Source of the DNA: Anaerohalosphaeraceae bacterium | GTDB taxonomy: Bacteria; Planctomycetota; Phycisphaerae; Sedimentisphaerales; Anaerohalosphaeraceae | Assembly (NCBI GenBank): GCA_050309605.1 | Contig: JBNRMN010000067.1 | Span: forward strand, 64,001 to 128,000 | DNA: 64,000 bases | Reading direction: 5' to 3' | In this document: piece by piece, positions 1 to 8,780 of the stretch | Layout: each line of letters starts with the position of its first letter | Position numbering within the stretch: position 1 is the first letter of the stretch | Position numbers and translations under genes: made by a program | The notes under the pieces: model-generated | Seen by the model: only the letters and a program-made list of their open reading frames with translations | Told to the model about the DNA's origin: nothing | Databases searched by the model: none

Positions 1-503
1 TGACGCCGGGTCTGCGCGAGGCGGTTATCCGCTTCAAACCCGCCGCCGTCAATCTCAAAACATAGCGGCTATGACTCGGTCATGACCAGCCGGTTGTTGA
101 GCGTTGCGACAACCTTTGTCAACTGCTTTCATGCCGTTTATCTATTCTTCATTAAACCTTTCTTAAACAAGGGGTTGTAGATTATCTACTTCAATTCAAG
201 ACCATTCTTTGTCTTATTTGGGAAAAATTTTTATTGACCTATTATTGTAAAACGAATAAGATTAATACGAAAAATTAATATCGGAAGTCCACTGGACTTA
301 TTCGTTCCCACTGAAACCGCCAAAAACAAGTGTGCGAAAAGAACGAAAGCCAGTGCCCCAGTTTGGGGCGCTGCTTGCATGTCTTTTCGTGGGCCTTGGC
401 GGGCCTCAGTGGGGCATGGTAGAGCAGTGCCTCTTTTTGCGAGAATGGCTCGCGATGGAGGATCAAAATAAAACGAAGGGTTTATTTTGAAAGGGACAGG
501 AAA

Positions 504-3500
504 ATGAAGGCAATTCTGAGTGTTTTGTATTTGAGTGTATTGGTTTGTACTGCTTCGGCGGGAAATCTTTCGTTGGTTGCAGATACGGTTGACCCGGATC
601 CGAATGATGTGATTACAGTCTGGGTTCACGCCAGTGATCCACTGTTTTTTTTGAATTTAAAGGTTTTTGTTGTTGGTGATGCCGCTGTCATTTCGGCGAT
701 GAGTGAGTCTGACTGCGATGAGTACGGCTGGGATACCAGCATTTATGAAGAACCAACGATTAATCTTGAAGGTAGTCTTTACATAGGCGGTATTTGCTGG
801 GCGGCCGACGCCAACGATATTGTCGGTTATTTTTCCTTTCGCTATAACAGCGGCCAAGTGGTTGTTTTCATTGATGATGAAAACTCTTTTGCATTTCATT
901 GGAACGAAAGTTTTACTCTTTCAACCGATGTACTTTTGTTTGGTGAGCCGACTTTACCGGAACCGCAGGAACCCAACGAGCCATCGGCTGTACTGTTACA
1001 ATGTCCTCCCAATACCGGTGGTTCCCGTCGAGTATCCAGCGGAGAAAGGGGTATTTATTTTGACGAACGAACAAAAGAATTCGGGTTGCTTCGGGACGGT
1101 CTTGATTCAGAGCCAAATATCATAGTTGTTAATGCAGACATTACAACAAATCAAATTTGGACGGCGGACAATGTTTATTATATAAATGGAGAGATGGTAA
1201 ATGTTCAGTCATTGCTTGTGATTGAGCCGGGAACAATAGTTATTTTTGGTTATGATTGTGCGTTGTATGTCAACAATGGCGGCGCGGTGATTTCCAGAGG
1301 CACGCCGGATGAACCTATCCTCTATACCTGCGACTACTTATATTTTTATTATCCAGAGGAAATCGGTACCTATTGGATCGATTTATATTATTCTGGATAC
1401 TCCTATTATTTTTGTCCTCTCTATATTGAAGAAACAGCCTCGCCTGCGACGATGGTCTCCTATAGCTTTATTGAAGGCGCTACAGTTGGAATTGCCACAA
1501 ACAACATTCGCCTTGACTATCCAATTGAAAATAATTATCTCTTTGGTAATGTTTATGGAATTGGTGAATATGGTCCCGAACTTACGGATATAAAGAATAA
1601 CCTTTGTTTTTTCAACGACGTATCCGGTATCGATGTATTTCTTGGCGATCCTAATGGTATTGCCAGCGCCCACAGTACGATAGCCATCGAAAATAACACA
1701 TGCGATACATACCAATATTTTGGCATCACGGTTCACGGCGTATCCGATGCCAATGAAACTGCAACAGTTATACTGGTTAACAATATTGTATCCGGATCTA
1801 ATGGATATGGATTGAATCTGGTAGATGATTCTATGCGGGCTATCGTAGCCAACAATGGATATTATGACAATTGGGGCAATAAGAACTGGGAATTTGAGGA
1901 ACATTGTCCTATTCAGACGTATGAATATCCGTTTGTGGCCGGCGAACGAATGTTTGAAACGCATTTTCTTGTTCAGGACTGTAATTTCATTGACGTAGGA
2001 ACCGCTTATGTCGAGCAAACACGGCTGATCGGGATGACAACTGATGTCAACAGTCTGCCGGATAACGGCATTATTGACCTTGGCTTTCATTATTCGAATT
2101 GGCATTATGTGAACACAGGCATCGGTTTTGCAGATACAGATTTCAATCAAGATGGCATAACAGATTATCAGGATTTGTTCATCTTGGCTTCACAGTGGTT
2201 GGAGACCGTCACTTCGGTCAGCGAAGGAGATCTGAATGATGACGGTGTAATCGACTTTGAAGATTTTTCCACCTTTTCAGCAGCATGGCGAAAAATGCAA
2301 GGGACTCCTAATGTTACTGCAACCATGACTATTTCGGATGAGGACAGATCTATCAAAATAGAAGCGGAATACGGAAGCAATTCAATTTATCAGTCTTATT
2401 TGTTGATTGATGGTGTATATATTGCTGAATTAGTGTTTTCAGAAAACATATTCCATCGGACAGTATTTACACCTTGGCTTTCATTAGGACAACATGAAGC
2501 ACGCATTATAGGAATCAGTGAACAGGGTGTTGTTTGCTCTACTCCAGTTTCTTTCGAAATCGACAATAAGATTGGACCTTGCGCGGTTCCTGTTAATTTT
2601 GAGCCGGGCGAACCGTTAACATTTCATATAATTGCCGATGCAAATTCCATTCAAGTTAAAGCCCATTCATGGGATGATTGTGTATGGCAGGAAACATACC
2701 CAATGGGTTCAGTATCCGGTTTTGTTCCTGCCTGGGTAACAGATACAAATGATGTTGAATATTTAGAGTTTCGATGTGGTGCTGACAGCAACTCATTTGA
2801 ATTGATGAGCGCACAAAGTTTAATTGTTCCTTTAAGTGCGATGCGCAAACACGATCCCAATGATATACGAGCTTTAATTGTTCTGCCTGATTTTTGGGTA
2901 AATCGAGTTAACAGTGGTTTAATACGAAGTTATAAGAATTTATTAAAAACACGAAACATACCATATAAAGTATTGGGCTTTTACTCATCCTCTCTGAAAA
3001 ATCTAAGGTACTATGCACAAAACTACAATATCCAATATTTGATTATCAATAGTCATGGAAATTATCGTTATCCAGGTACAGACGTTTTAAGAACCACGAT
3101 ATTGCTTGACGATGGAAATGTTGTTTCCGATAAAATTACTCGACCTGGATCGCCAACTTATTTAGAACGGTTGCCCGGTGATATAGAACATACAGCTCGA
3201 ACATGGGCAGAAATTGGTTTTACGAATTTGAAATACGTACATAACGACAGTTGTTATGGGGGACGATTGTACATTAACAGTTCATGGCAACTCACAGAGG
3301 GTGCTTCCGGACAACAAGGGCTTTTTTCTATGCCGCATAATGATATGACTATTGCATTAAACTTATTATCTAATGATTCTAAATTTTACCTTAGTTGGTA
3401 TAAGGAATTTGAAGGTGGATATGCAAGTAAATATTATCAATTCTCCTGCAATGTCATTGCGAAACTTGAAGAAGGTAAAGATTTATATGAGTCATTGCTT

Positions 3501-3599
3501 TATGCAATTTCTCAATGCACAGGTTCAGGCGACAAAGACCCTCGCAATGATTATCGTGTTTTAGGTCAGGGATTTATACAAAACTTTCGGATTAATTAG
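504..3599 (+). CDS. Large secreted protein: signal peptide, parallel beta-helix repeats, dockerin/EF-hand-like duplicated Ca-binding motif, C-terminal putative clan CD cysteine peptidase-like domain
   Basis: 1031-aa ORF. Signal peptide MKAILSVLYLSVLVCTASA. Asn/Gly-rich beta-helix repeats (IENNYLFGNVYGI, IKNNLCFFNDVSGI, LVNNIVSGSNGYGL). Dockerin-like DFNQDGITDYQD...GDLNDDGVIDFEDF. C-terminal INSHG...VHNDSCYGG. AT-richer than the core genes. Confidence 0.8.
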   Translation: MKAILSVLYLSVLVCTASAGNLSLVADTVDPDPNDVITVWVHASDPLFFLNLKVFVVGDAAVISAMSESDCDEYGWDTSIYEEPTINLEGSLYIGGICWAADANDIVGYFSFRYNSGQVVVFIDDENSFAFHWNESFTLSTDVLLFGEPTLPEPQEPNEPSAVLLQCPPNTGGSRRVSSGERGIYFDERTKEFGLLRDGLDSEPNIIVVNADITTNQIWTADNVYYINGEMVNVQSLLVIEPGTIVIFGYDCALYVNNGGAVISRGTPDEPILYTCDYLYFYYPEEIGTYWIDLYYSGYSYYFCPLYIEETASPATMVSYSFIEGATVGIATNNIRLDYPIENNYLFGNVYGIGEYGPELTDIKNNLCFFNDVSGIDVFLGDPNGIASAHSTIAIENNTCDTYQYFGITVHGVSDANETATVILVNNIVSGSNGYGLNLVDDSMRAIVANNGYYDNWGNKNWEFEEHCPIQTYEYPFVAGERMFETHFLVQDCNFIDVGTAYVEQTRLIGMTTDVNSLPDNGIIDLGFHYSNWHYVNTGIGFADTDFNQDGITDYQDLFILASQWLETVTSVSEGDLNDDGVIDFEDFSTFSAAWRKMQGTPNVTATMTISDEDRSIKIEAEYGSNSIYQSYLLIDGVYIAELVFSENIFHRTVFTPWLSLGQHEARIIGISEQGVVCSTPVSFEIDNKIGPCAVPVNFEPGEPLTFHIIADANSIQVKAHSWDDCVWQETYPMGSVSGFVPAWVTDTNDVEYLEFRCGADSNSFELMSAQSLIVPLSAMRKHDPNDIRALIVLPDFWVNRVNSGLIRSYKNLLKTRNIPYKVLGFYSSSLKNLRYYAQNYNIQYLIINSHGNYRYPGTDVLRTTILLDDGNVVSDKITRPGSPTYLERLPGDIEHTARTWAEIGFTNLKYVHNDSCYGGRLYINSSWQLTEGASGQQGLFSMPHNDMTIALNLLSNDSKFYLSWYKEFEGGYASKYYQFSCNVIAKLEEGKDLYESLLYAISQCTGSGDKDPRNDYRVLGQGFIQNFRIN

Positions 3600-3615
3600 C
3601 GTGAAAGGGCTGAAT

Positions 3616-4152
3616 ATGAACGTTAAAAATCTTGTGATTATTATTTTGCTGATAGCTGTTGTTTTGTTGTCGATTTTCTTGTATCGCGCGACGAGGGTTT
3701 CCCGAACGCTCGAAAAGCTGGCTTTAAGAGTTCCTGAGACTGTACCGGTTGATGTTTTTGTTATCGGGATGACCGAGGCGGTTCAACAGCAAAATCAGAT
3801 ATGTTCTGAACTGACGTCGCAGGTTTGGTGGCTTCGGAGACATCTTGAAAAGACTCTCGACTTCATCGAAAAGGAGAAAAATTTTGAGCCAATCTTTATT
3901 ATAGATCCCTTAATGAATAGAAAACTGCTGCCATCGGAGTATTTACTTGATCCGGGTCCTTTTGTCATTCCTTATCAAAAACCAGAGTATAAATTCCCCG
4001 ATGATTCAAGAGATGAATACGGTCTTGAAGCACTTCGCAGCTTTATGAATCTTCATTCTCGCTCATCCCAACTTGCGGCAGGGCAGTCTATGGAGATGCT
4101 TATCAAAAATTTTTACACGAGACTGCAACGATTGGATGAGATGAGAAAATAA
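3616..4152 (+). CDS. Hypothetical protein with N-terminal membrane anchor
   Basis: ORF 3601..4152; ATG at 3616 is preceded by GAAAGGG. Hydrophobic stretch LVIIILLIAVVLLSIFLY. Directly follows the 504..3599 gene. Confidence 0.7.
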   Translation: MNVKNLVIIILLIAVVLLSIFLYRATRVSRTLEKLALRVPETVPVDVFVIGMTEAVQQQNQICSELTSQVWWLRRHLEKTLDFIEKEKNFEPIFIIDPLMNRKLLPSEYLLDPGPFVIPYQKPEYKFPDDSRDEYGLEALRSFMNLHSRSSQLAAGQSMEMLIKNFYTRLQRLDEMRK

Positions 4153-4153
4153 A

Positions 4154-5884
4154 TCAAGTATTCACCGTACAGCCGTTTTCGTCGATGTGGATCTCGGCGC
4201 TGAGTCCTTTGATGGAAGGATACTCCCATGATGTTCCGTCGGGGCTGGTCAGTACGGCCCTGTCGGGGCGGATGGCGAGGGTGAACGTCTTTTGTTCGCC
4301 GCGGCGGCTCAGGACCGAGGCCATCAGGAAGGCCTTTTCGACGCCGTCGCCGGTGTGGTAGTTGGCCGCCTCATCGGGCTGGGCCAGTCGCGTGCCGTCA
4401 TAGATGGACGCGCCCGGCAGGCCGGTCAGCCAACTGTGAATCTGTTCGGCGGTCATGGACTCGGTTTTTTCGGCGCTGACGGGACTGCGTTCAATGGCCG
4501 CCTTGACAAACGGCCGCCAGTCGCAGCGGGTCATATCCCGATACGCATAGAAGGCCAAATCGACGACCGGATTTGCGTCGCGCATCTGCTCCAGATAATC
4601 AATCACGTCTTCGCGGCTCCAGTCGGGGTTCAGTACAATCGGCTCGACGCGGTGAAATTGTTTGTCTTCGGCGTTGGGCAGTTTCGGTTCAATATGCAGA
4701 AAATCCAGCAGGTCGGCGACCCATTGCTCGGCCTCGGGCACAAACGGTGAAACGAAGCGCGCCAGTTTATACCGGTCGCGGGGATTGTGGATGTCAATTT
4801 TTTCATACTCGATAAACGCCATCAACTGTTCACAGCAGATGCGGTCGTTGTGTTTGTAGGGTGAATAGTCTTCGCTGTTAACCTCATCGAGCAGTTTTTC
4901 AAAGGTCTCGTCATAGATGCGAAAGCGGCTGCCGTGTTCATAGCCGAACAGCACCTCGGCCTTGATGAACATCCGTTCGCCGCGGCGGTAGCGGCAAAAC
5001 TGAAAGTGCCGGTTGTATTTCGGATTGGACCGCAAAAAATTGGCCACGTTCAGTGCGTTCAGCTCGGTGCTCAGATAGCCGCGGAGCATGGCGCAGAATT
5101 TTTCATAAACGCACCGGTCAATGGTCGCATCCGGATAGAGGCAATGAATCGCTCCGGTGTTGTGAGCGACGATGGTGACCTGCTCGTTGCGAATGGCCCG
5201 CTGGGCCTTGTTGGAAATCTCCGTGCCGTTGAACCACATACTTTTGGTCACCAGTCGGCGGTTGTTGGTAATCACGCCGTCCTGAATGTCGATGTAGTTT
5301 TGCGAGTGCAGGGGGGTCAGCACCATATAAATATCATCCAGCGGGATGCCGCAGATGATAAAGGCCGCCGCCGCGTACAGCGTGGACAGTGAGACGCACT
5401 CGCCGGCACCGGTGTTGTAGCCCTCTTTCAGGCGAAAGGCGTTCATTGCCTCAACGGTTTCGGTCTTCCAGTAGGGGATGATGTCGCCTTCGTACTGGTC
5501 GAGGCCGAAATGCCGCCGAATATCGACATCAAAGTAATATTTGTCGCCTTCGTAGCCGAACAGGGCGTTGCTGCGGGCGATTTGTTCGGGGCTGAGCCAC
5601 GGCGTGAAGCGGCGCATCTCGGTGTCTTTGTCGGACAGCCCCCAGGTGTTCAGATCAAGATTGAATTCGTACTCATCCATAATGTACTGCCGCATCCGCA
5701 TCAGCCGACGCCAGGAGGTCTTGCCTTCGAGTTTTTTGAAGCAATCTTCTTCGCGCCATTTCCAGATGGCCGGACTCATGATATTGGCCAGTACCAGACT
5801 GTACATAAGCTCTGGGAATACAAAGACTTCCATGTCCGAGAGCGTGATGGCCGAACTGTATTTTTCAAGATCGCGCAAATCCAT
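4154..5884 (-). CDS. Conserved hypothetical protein, putative tandem transglutaminase-like (Cys protease-like) domains
   Basis: 576-aa ORF with GC-rich codon usage and RBS AAAGGA. Motifs GECVSLSTLYAAA...HSQN and QPDEAANYHTGDGVEKAFLMASVL. Confidence 0.7.
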   Translation of the reverse strand: MDLRDLEKYSSAITLSDMEVFVFPELMYSLVLANIMSPAIWKWREEDCFKKLEGKTSWRRLMRMRQYIMDEYEFNLDLNTWGLSDKDTEMRRFTPWLSPEQIARSNALFGYEGDKYYFDVDIRRHFGLDQYEGDIIPYWKTETVEAMNAFRLKEGYNTGAGECVSLSTLYAAAAFIICGIPLDDIYMVLTPLHSQNYIDIQDGVITNNRRLVTKSMWFNGTEISNKAQRAIRNEQVTIVAHNTGAIHCLYPDATIDRCVYEKFCAMLRGYLSTELNALNVANFLRSNPKYNRHFQFCRYRRGERMFIKAEVLFGYEHGSRFRIYDETFEKLLDEVNSEDYSPYKHNDRICCEQLMAFIEYEKIDIHNPRDRYKLARFVSPFVPEAEQWVADLLDFLHIEPKLPNAEDKQFHRVEPIVLNPDWSREDVIDYLEQMRDANPVVDLAFYAYRDMTRCDWRPFVKAAIERSPVSAEKTESMTAEQIHSWLTGLPGASIYDGTRLAQPDEAANYHTGDGVEKAFLMASVLSRRGEQKTFTLAIRPDRAVLTSPDGTSWEYPSIKGLSAEIHIDENGCTVNT

Positions 5885-6152
5885 TTTTTTTGTCCTTTGT
5901 CAATATGGTGCGTCTATTTACTCCACCTGACCGAAGGCCAGTGTGAGAGATCAGAAATCAAAGAATCATGAGCAAAATTGAAGATTCGCCCTTTCGGGCG
6001 AGCCTTTTATGGTCTTTTTAAGGGCACTTTAAAATCTTTTATAGGCTATAGTTATGTCAAAATAGACCCGGTTTTCGCTCAGTTTCAGTATGTAATGATA
6101 TTATAGCCCGATCTCGTCTGAACGCAACAGCGGTTATTGGAGTTGTGAGGGG

Positions 6153-6181
6153 TTGACAAATACTGAGTAATTTGCTTTAAT
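6153..6181 (+). promoter_or_regulatory. Sigma70-type promoter for the GLUG protein gene
   Basis: TTGACA (6153-6158), 17-nt spacer, TTTAAT (6176-6181) preceded by an extended -10 TG. Confidence 0.6.
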
Positions 6182-6288
6182 ATCTCTATATGGCTATTAT
6201 TGCGACGGGGCGTATTGAAACCGGGACAGGTCCATACGAAGCGAGGCTGTCTTTTTCACCTGAACAGGGCGGCCGAGGGAAAGGAGTT

Positions 6289-8736
6289 ATGGTGAACGAA
6301 CGAGCATGGTTTACCGCCGTGGTGGTCGGGATGTGTGTGTCATTTGCGCCGGGCTATGACTGGAGCACCAATCCGGGCGACGGGTCGATGGAAAATCCCT
6401 ATCAAATCTCCACGCCGGAGCAGCTTATCGCCGTTCCGCAGGGCGGCAATAGGGCCGATCACTATTATGTGCTGGTCAACGATATTGTCTTTGACCCGAA
6501 TAATCCCGCCCATCGGGGATCATCGGGGCTGCCCAAAATACAATGCCAATTCGACGGCGCCGGTTTTGCCGTTCGCAATTTAACACTTCAGACGACAACA
6601 CCTCACAACGCTGTCGGGTTGTTCAGCCATGTACAACATCCCGGTCGTGTGAAAAATTTACGGATCGAAAATGCATCCATCGAGATTGGTGCGCCGGCGG
6701 AATACGTCGGCATTTTGTGCGGTCATGCTGAAGGCGATATTGTCAATTGTTCGGTTGAAGGGACTTTGTCCGGACCGATGGCATACGGCGGCGGTATCTG
6801 CGGTCAGGCGGGGTCTGCTTTCGGTATAGAAATTGCTTATTGTGCCGCGAATGTCACCTTTGATCCTGTGGACGGTGTTGTCGGCGGCATCTGCGGCAGG
6901 GCATTTAATGTGAATTTGCACCGCAATCGAGCGATTTGCCGAATTGTCGGCGGAATCAGCGGAGGCGGCATCTGTGGAAGGGCGACAGGGCATATGCAGA
7001 TCCGTTTTTGTGAGGCGGAGTTGTTTTTTACGACAGATCGAATCGCGTCTGAGGTTGGAGGAATTTGCGGATATTTTGATTTGCAATCTTTCAAACACGG
7101 TCTGGAAGGTTGCTCGGCTGTGGTTGATATTGTTTCCCAATCCAGATTGTCCTATGCCGGGGGTATGTGTGGCATTATTTACGGACCTGCTACGCAATCG
7201 TCAACGATTACGCGATCGTCAGCAAGAGGAAAGATAGACGGCCGCGCTTTAGAGGATGTGGGAGGATTTGTCGGGTATAACGGGGGGACAATTTCCGATA
7301 GTTATGCGCAAGTGGATATTGTGGGCGATGCAATGTACAATGTCGGCGGTTTTATTGGTAGAAACTGGGGTATGCCGTCCTCATCGTATTGTGCCGGTGA
7401 GGTTCAATTTAATTCACCTTATCCTGCGGATTGGTACAAAGTTGCCGAGTTCTGCGGCATGCCAGCCGGTTTTTTTGAAGCATGCTATTGGGATATTCAG
7501 AAATGCGACCTGAATTCGGAACCGCCTGCCGGCCTAACCGGTTTGACGACCGAACAGATGCAGACACGGGCGACGTATGAACAGGCAGGGTGGGATTTTG
7601 ACGATGAGCCGGTGTGGGGGATCAGGGCAGGCTGCTATCCTCATCTGGTATTCAAAACATTTTCCGGCGGTTCGGGCCGACCGGACGACCCGTTTTTGAT
7701 TGCAAGCGCCGAAGACTTGATAGAACTCGGACAATCGCCTCGATATTACAGTGATTGTTTTGCGCAAACCAATGATATTGACTTGAGCGAATACGTCTTT
7801 ACGGATTCGGTCATCGCACCCGGGCAAGTTCGTGGAGACAATTCCTATGCCGCCGATGCGACTTTTTTCGGAACATTTGATGGACGGGGGTATCGTATCG
7901 AGAATCTGACGATTCACAACCCTCTGGCGGAGAGTAATTCCATCGGTTTGTTTGGGAGGATGTTTAGGGCAATCGTGCGAAATGTATCTCTTGAAAATGT
8001 TACCATCAATGTGTCGGGTGGTGACGTCGGCCTTAAAAGCATAGGGGGGCTGCTCGGCCATGGCAGCGGGTTAATTCAGCGCTGTCGAGTTACGGGAACC
8101 GTCAATGCCGGTGAGGCAAGGGCCGGAGGAATTGTCGGATATTCAGGGGGGGTAACGATGCTTGATTGCTATTTTAAGGGGCAGGTTAATGGGAAATTCA
8201 GTGGAGGGATTTTCGGACTAATGGAGATGGGCAATATGTATAGATGTTATGCGTCGGCAGAGATTGAGGGTCAATACCGCGGCGGCTTAATCGGAGTGTT
8301 CGGTTACAGTGCATTTTCCGGAAATAGTGTCTGGGACAGTGAATTATCGGGCGTTTCAGAAGCCTGCGGATATGTGTCAGCCGGTTCGGATATGTTTATT
8401 ACCAATGTCAGGGGGTTGACCTGCGCGCAGATGAAAACGGCGGGCGGCTTTGCGGATCTGGGGTGGAGTTTTGTCGGGTCGGGCGACGGCGGCAATCACA
8501 TCTGGCGGATGTGCGCCGACGGCGTCGATACGCCGCGGCTCAGTTGGGAATTTGCCCGCGGCGGCGATTTGGCCTGTCCGGACGGCGTGGAGCTGGGCGA
8601 TCTGCTGGCGTTGGCGCAGGCGTGGCTGACGATTGAGAGCGGCTGTCCGAAACACTTCAATACCGCCGCCGATGCCAACATCGACGGCCGAATCGATTTG
8701 TTGGATTTTATTGTATTGTCGGACAACTGGCCGTAG
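6289..8736 (+). CDS. Secreted GLUG-motif repeat protein with C-terminal dockerin-like domain
   Basis: ORF 6190..8736; likely start 6289/6292 after AAGGAG, followed by a signal peptide. Two modules (GDGSMENPYQISTPEQL; GGSGRPDDPFLIASAEDL) with VGGxxG repeats. C-terminal CPDGVELGDLLALAQAWL...ADANIDGRIDLLDFIVLSDNW. Confidence 0.85.
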   Translation: MVNERAWFTAVVVGMCVSFAPGYDWSTNPGDGSMENPYQISTPEQLIAVPQGGNRADHYYVLVNDIVFDPNNPAHRGSSGLPKIQCQFDGAGFAVRNLTLQTTTPHNAVGLFSHVQHPGRVKNLRIENASIEIGAPAEYVGILCGHAEGDIVNCSVEGTLSGPMAYGGGICGQAGSAFGIEIAYCAANVTFDPVDGVVGGICGRAFNVNLHRNRAICRIVGGISGGGICGRATGHMQIRFCEAELFFTTDRIASEVGGICGYFDLQSFKHGLEGCSAVVDIVSQSRLSYAGGMCGIIYGPATQSSTITRSSARGKIDGRALEDVGGFVGYNGGTISDSYAQVDIVGDAMYNVGGFIGRNWGMPSSSYCAGEVQFNSPYPADWYKVAEFCGMPAGFFEACYWDIQKCDLNSEPPAGLTGLTTEQMQTRATYEQAGWDFDDEPVWGIRAGCYPHLVFKTFSGGSGRPDDPFLIASAEDLIELGQSPRYYSDCFAQTNDIDLSEYVFTDSVIAPGQVRGDNSYAADATFFGTFDGRGYRIENLTIHNPLAESNSIGLFGRMFRAIVRNVSLENVTINVSGGDVGLKSIGGLLGHGSGLIQRCRVTGTVNAGEARAGGIVGYSGGVTMLDCYFKGQVNGKFSGGIFGLMEMGNMYRCYASAEIEGQYRGGLIGVFGYSAFSGNSVWDSELSGVSEACGYVSAGSDMFITNVRGLTCAQMKTAGGFADLGWSFVGSGDGGNHIWRMCADGVDTPRLSWEFARGGDLACPDGVELGDLLALAQAWLTIESGCPKHFNTAADANIDGRIDLLDFIVLSDNWP

Positions 8737-8780
8737 CGGGTTCAGGACTGTTCTGGTCTTCTTTTCAGATTGAGCATCAA

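Noticed and set aside
25..50. GCTTCAAACC resembling the tRNA-Sec anticodon loop
   Set aside because: No acceptor stem, T-loop (GTTCGA) or cloverleaf around it.
231..629. Minus-strand ORFs of 132 and 63 aa
   Set aside because: They overlap the start of the 1031-aa gene and its upstream region and have no recognisable motifs.
6190..6288. Upstream ATG of the GLUG ORF
   Set aside because: It lies about at the predicted TSS and gives a non-signal N-terminus; the RBS and signal peptide favour 6289/6292.
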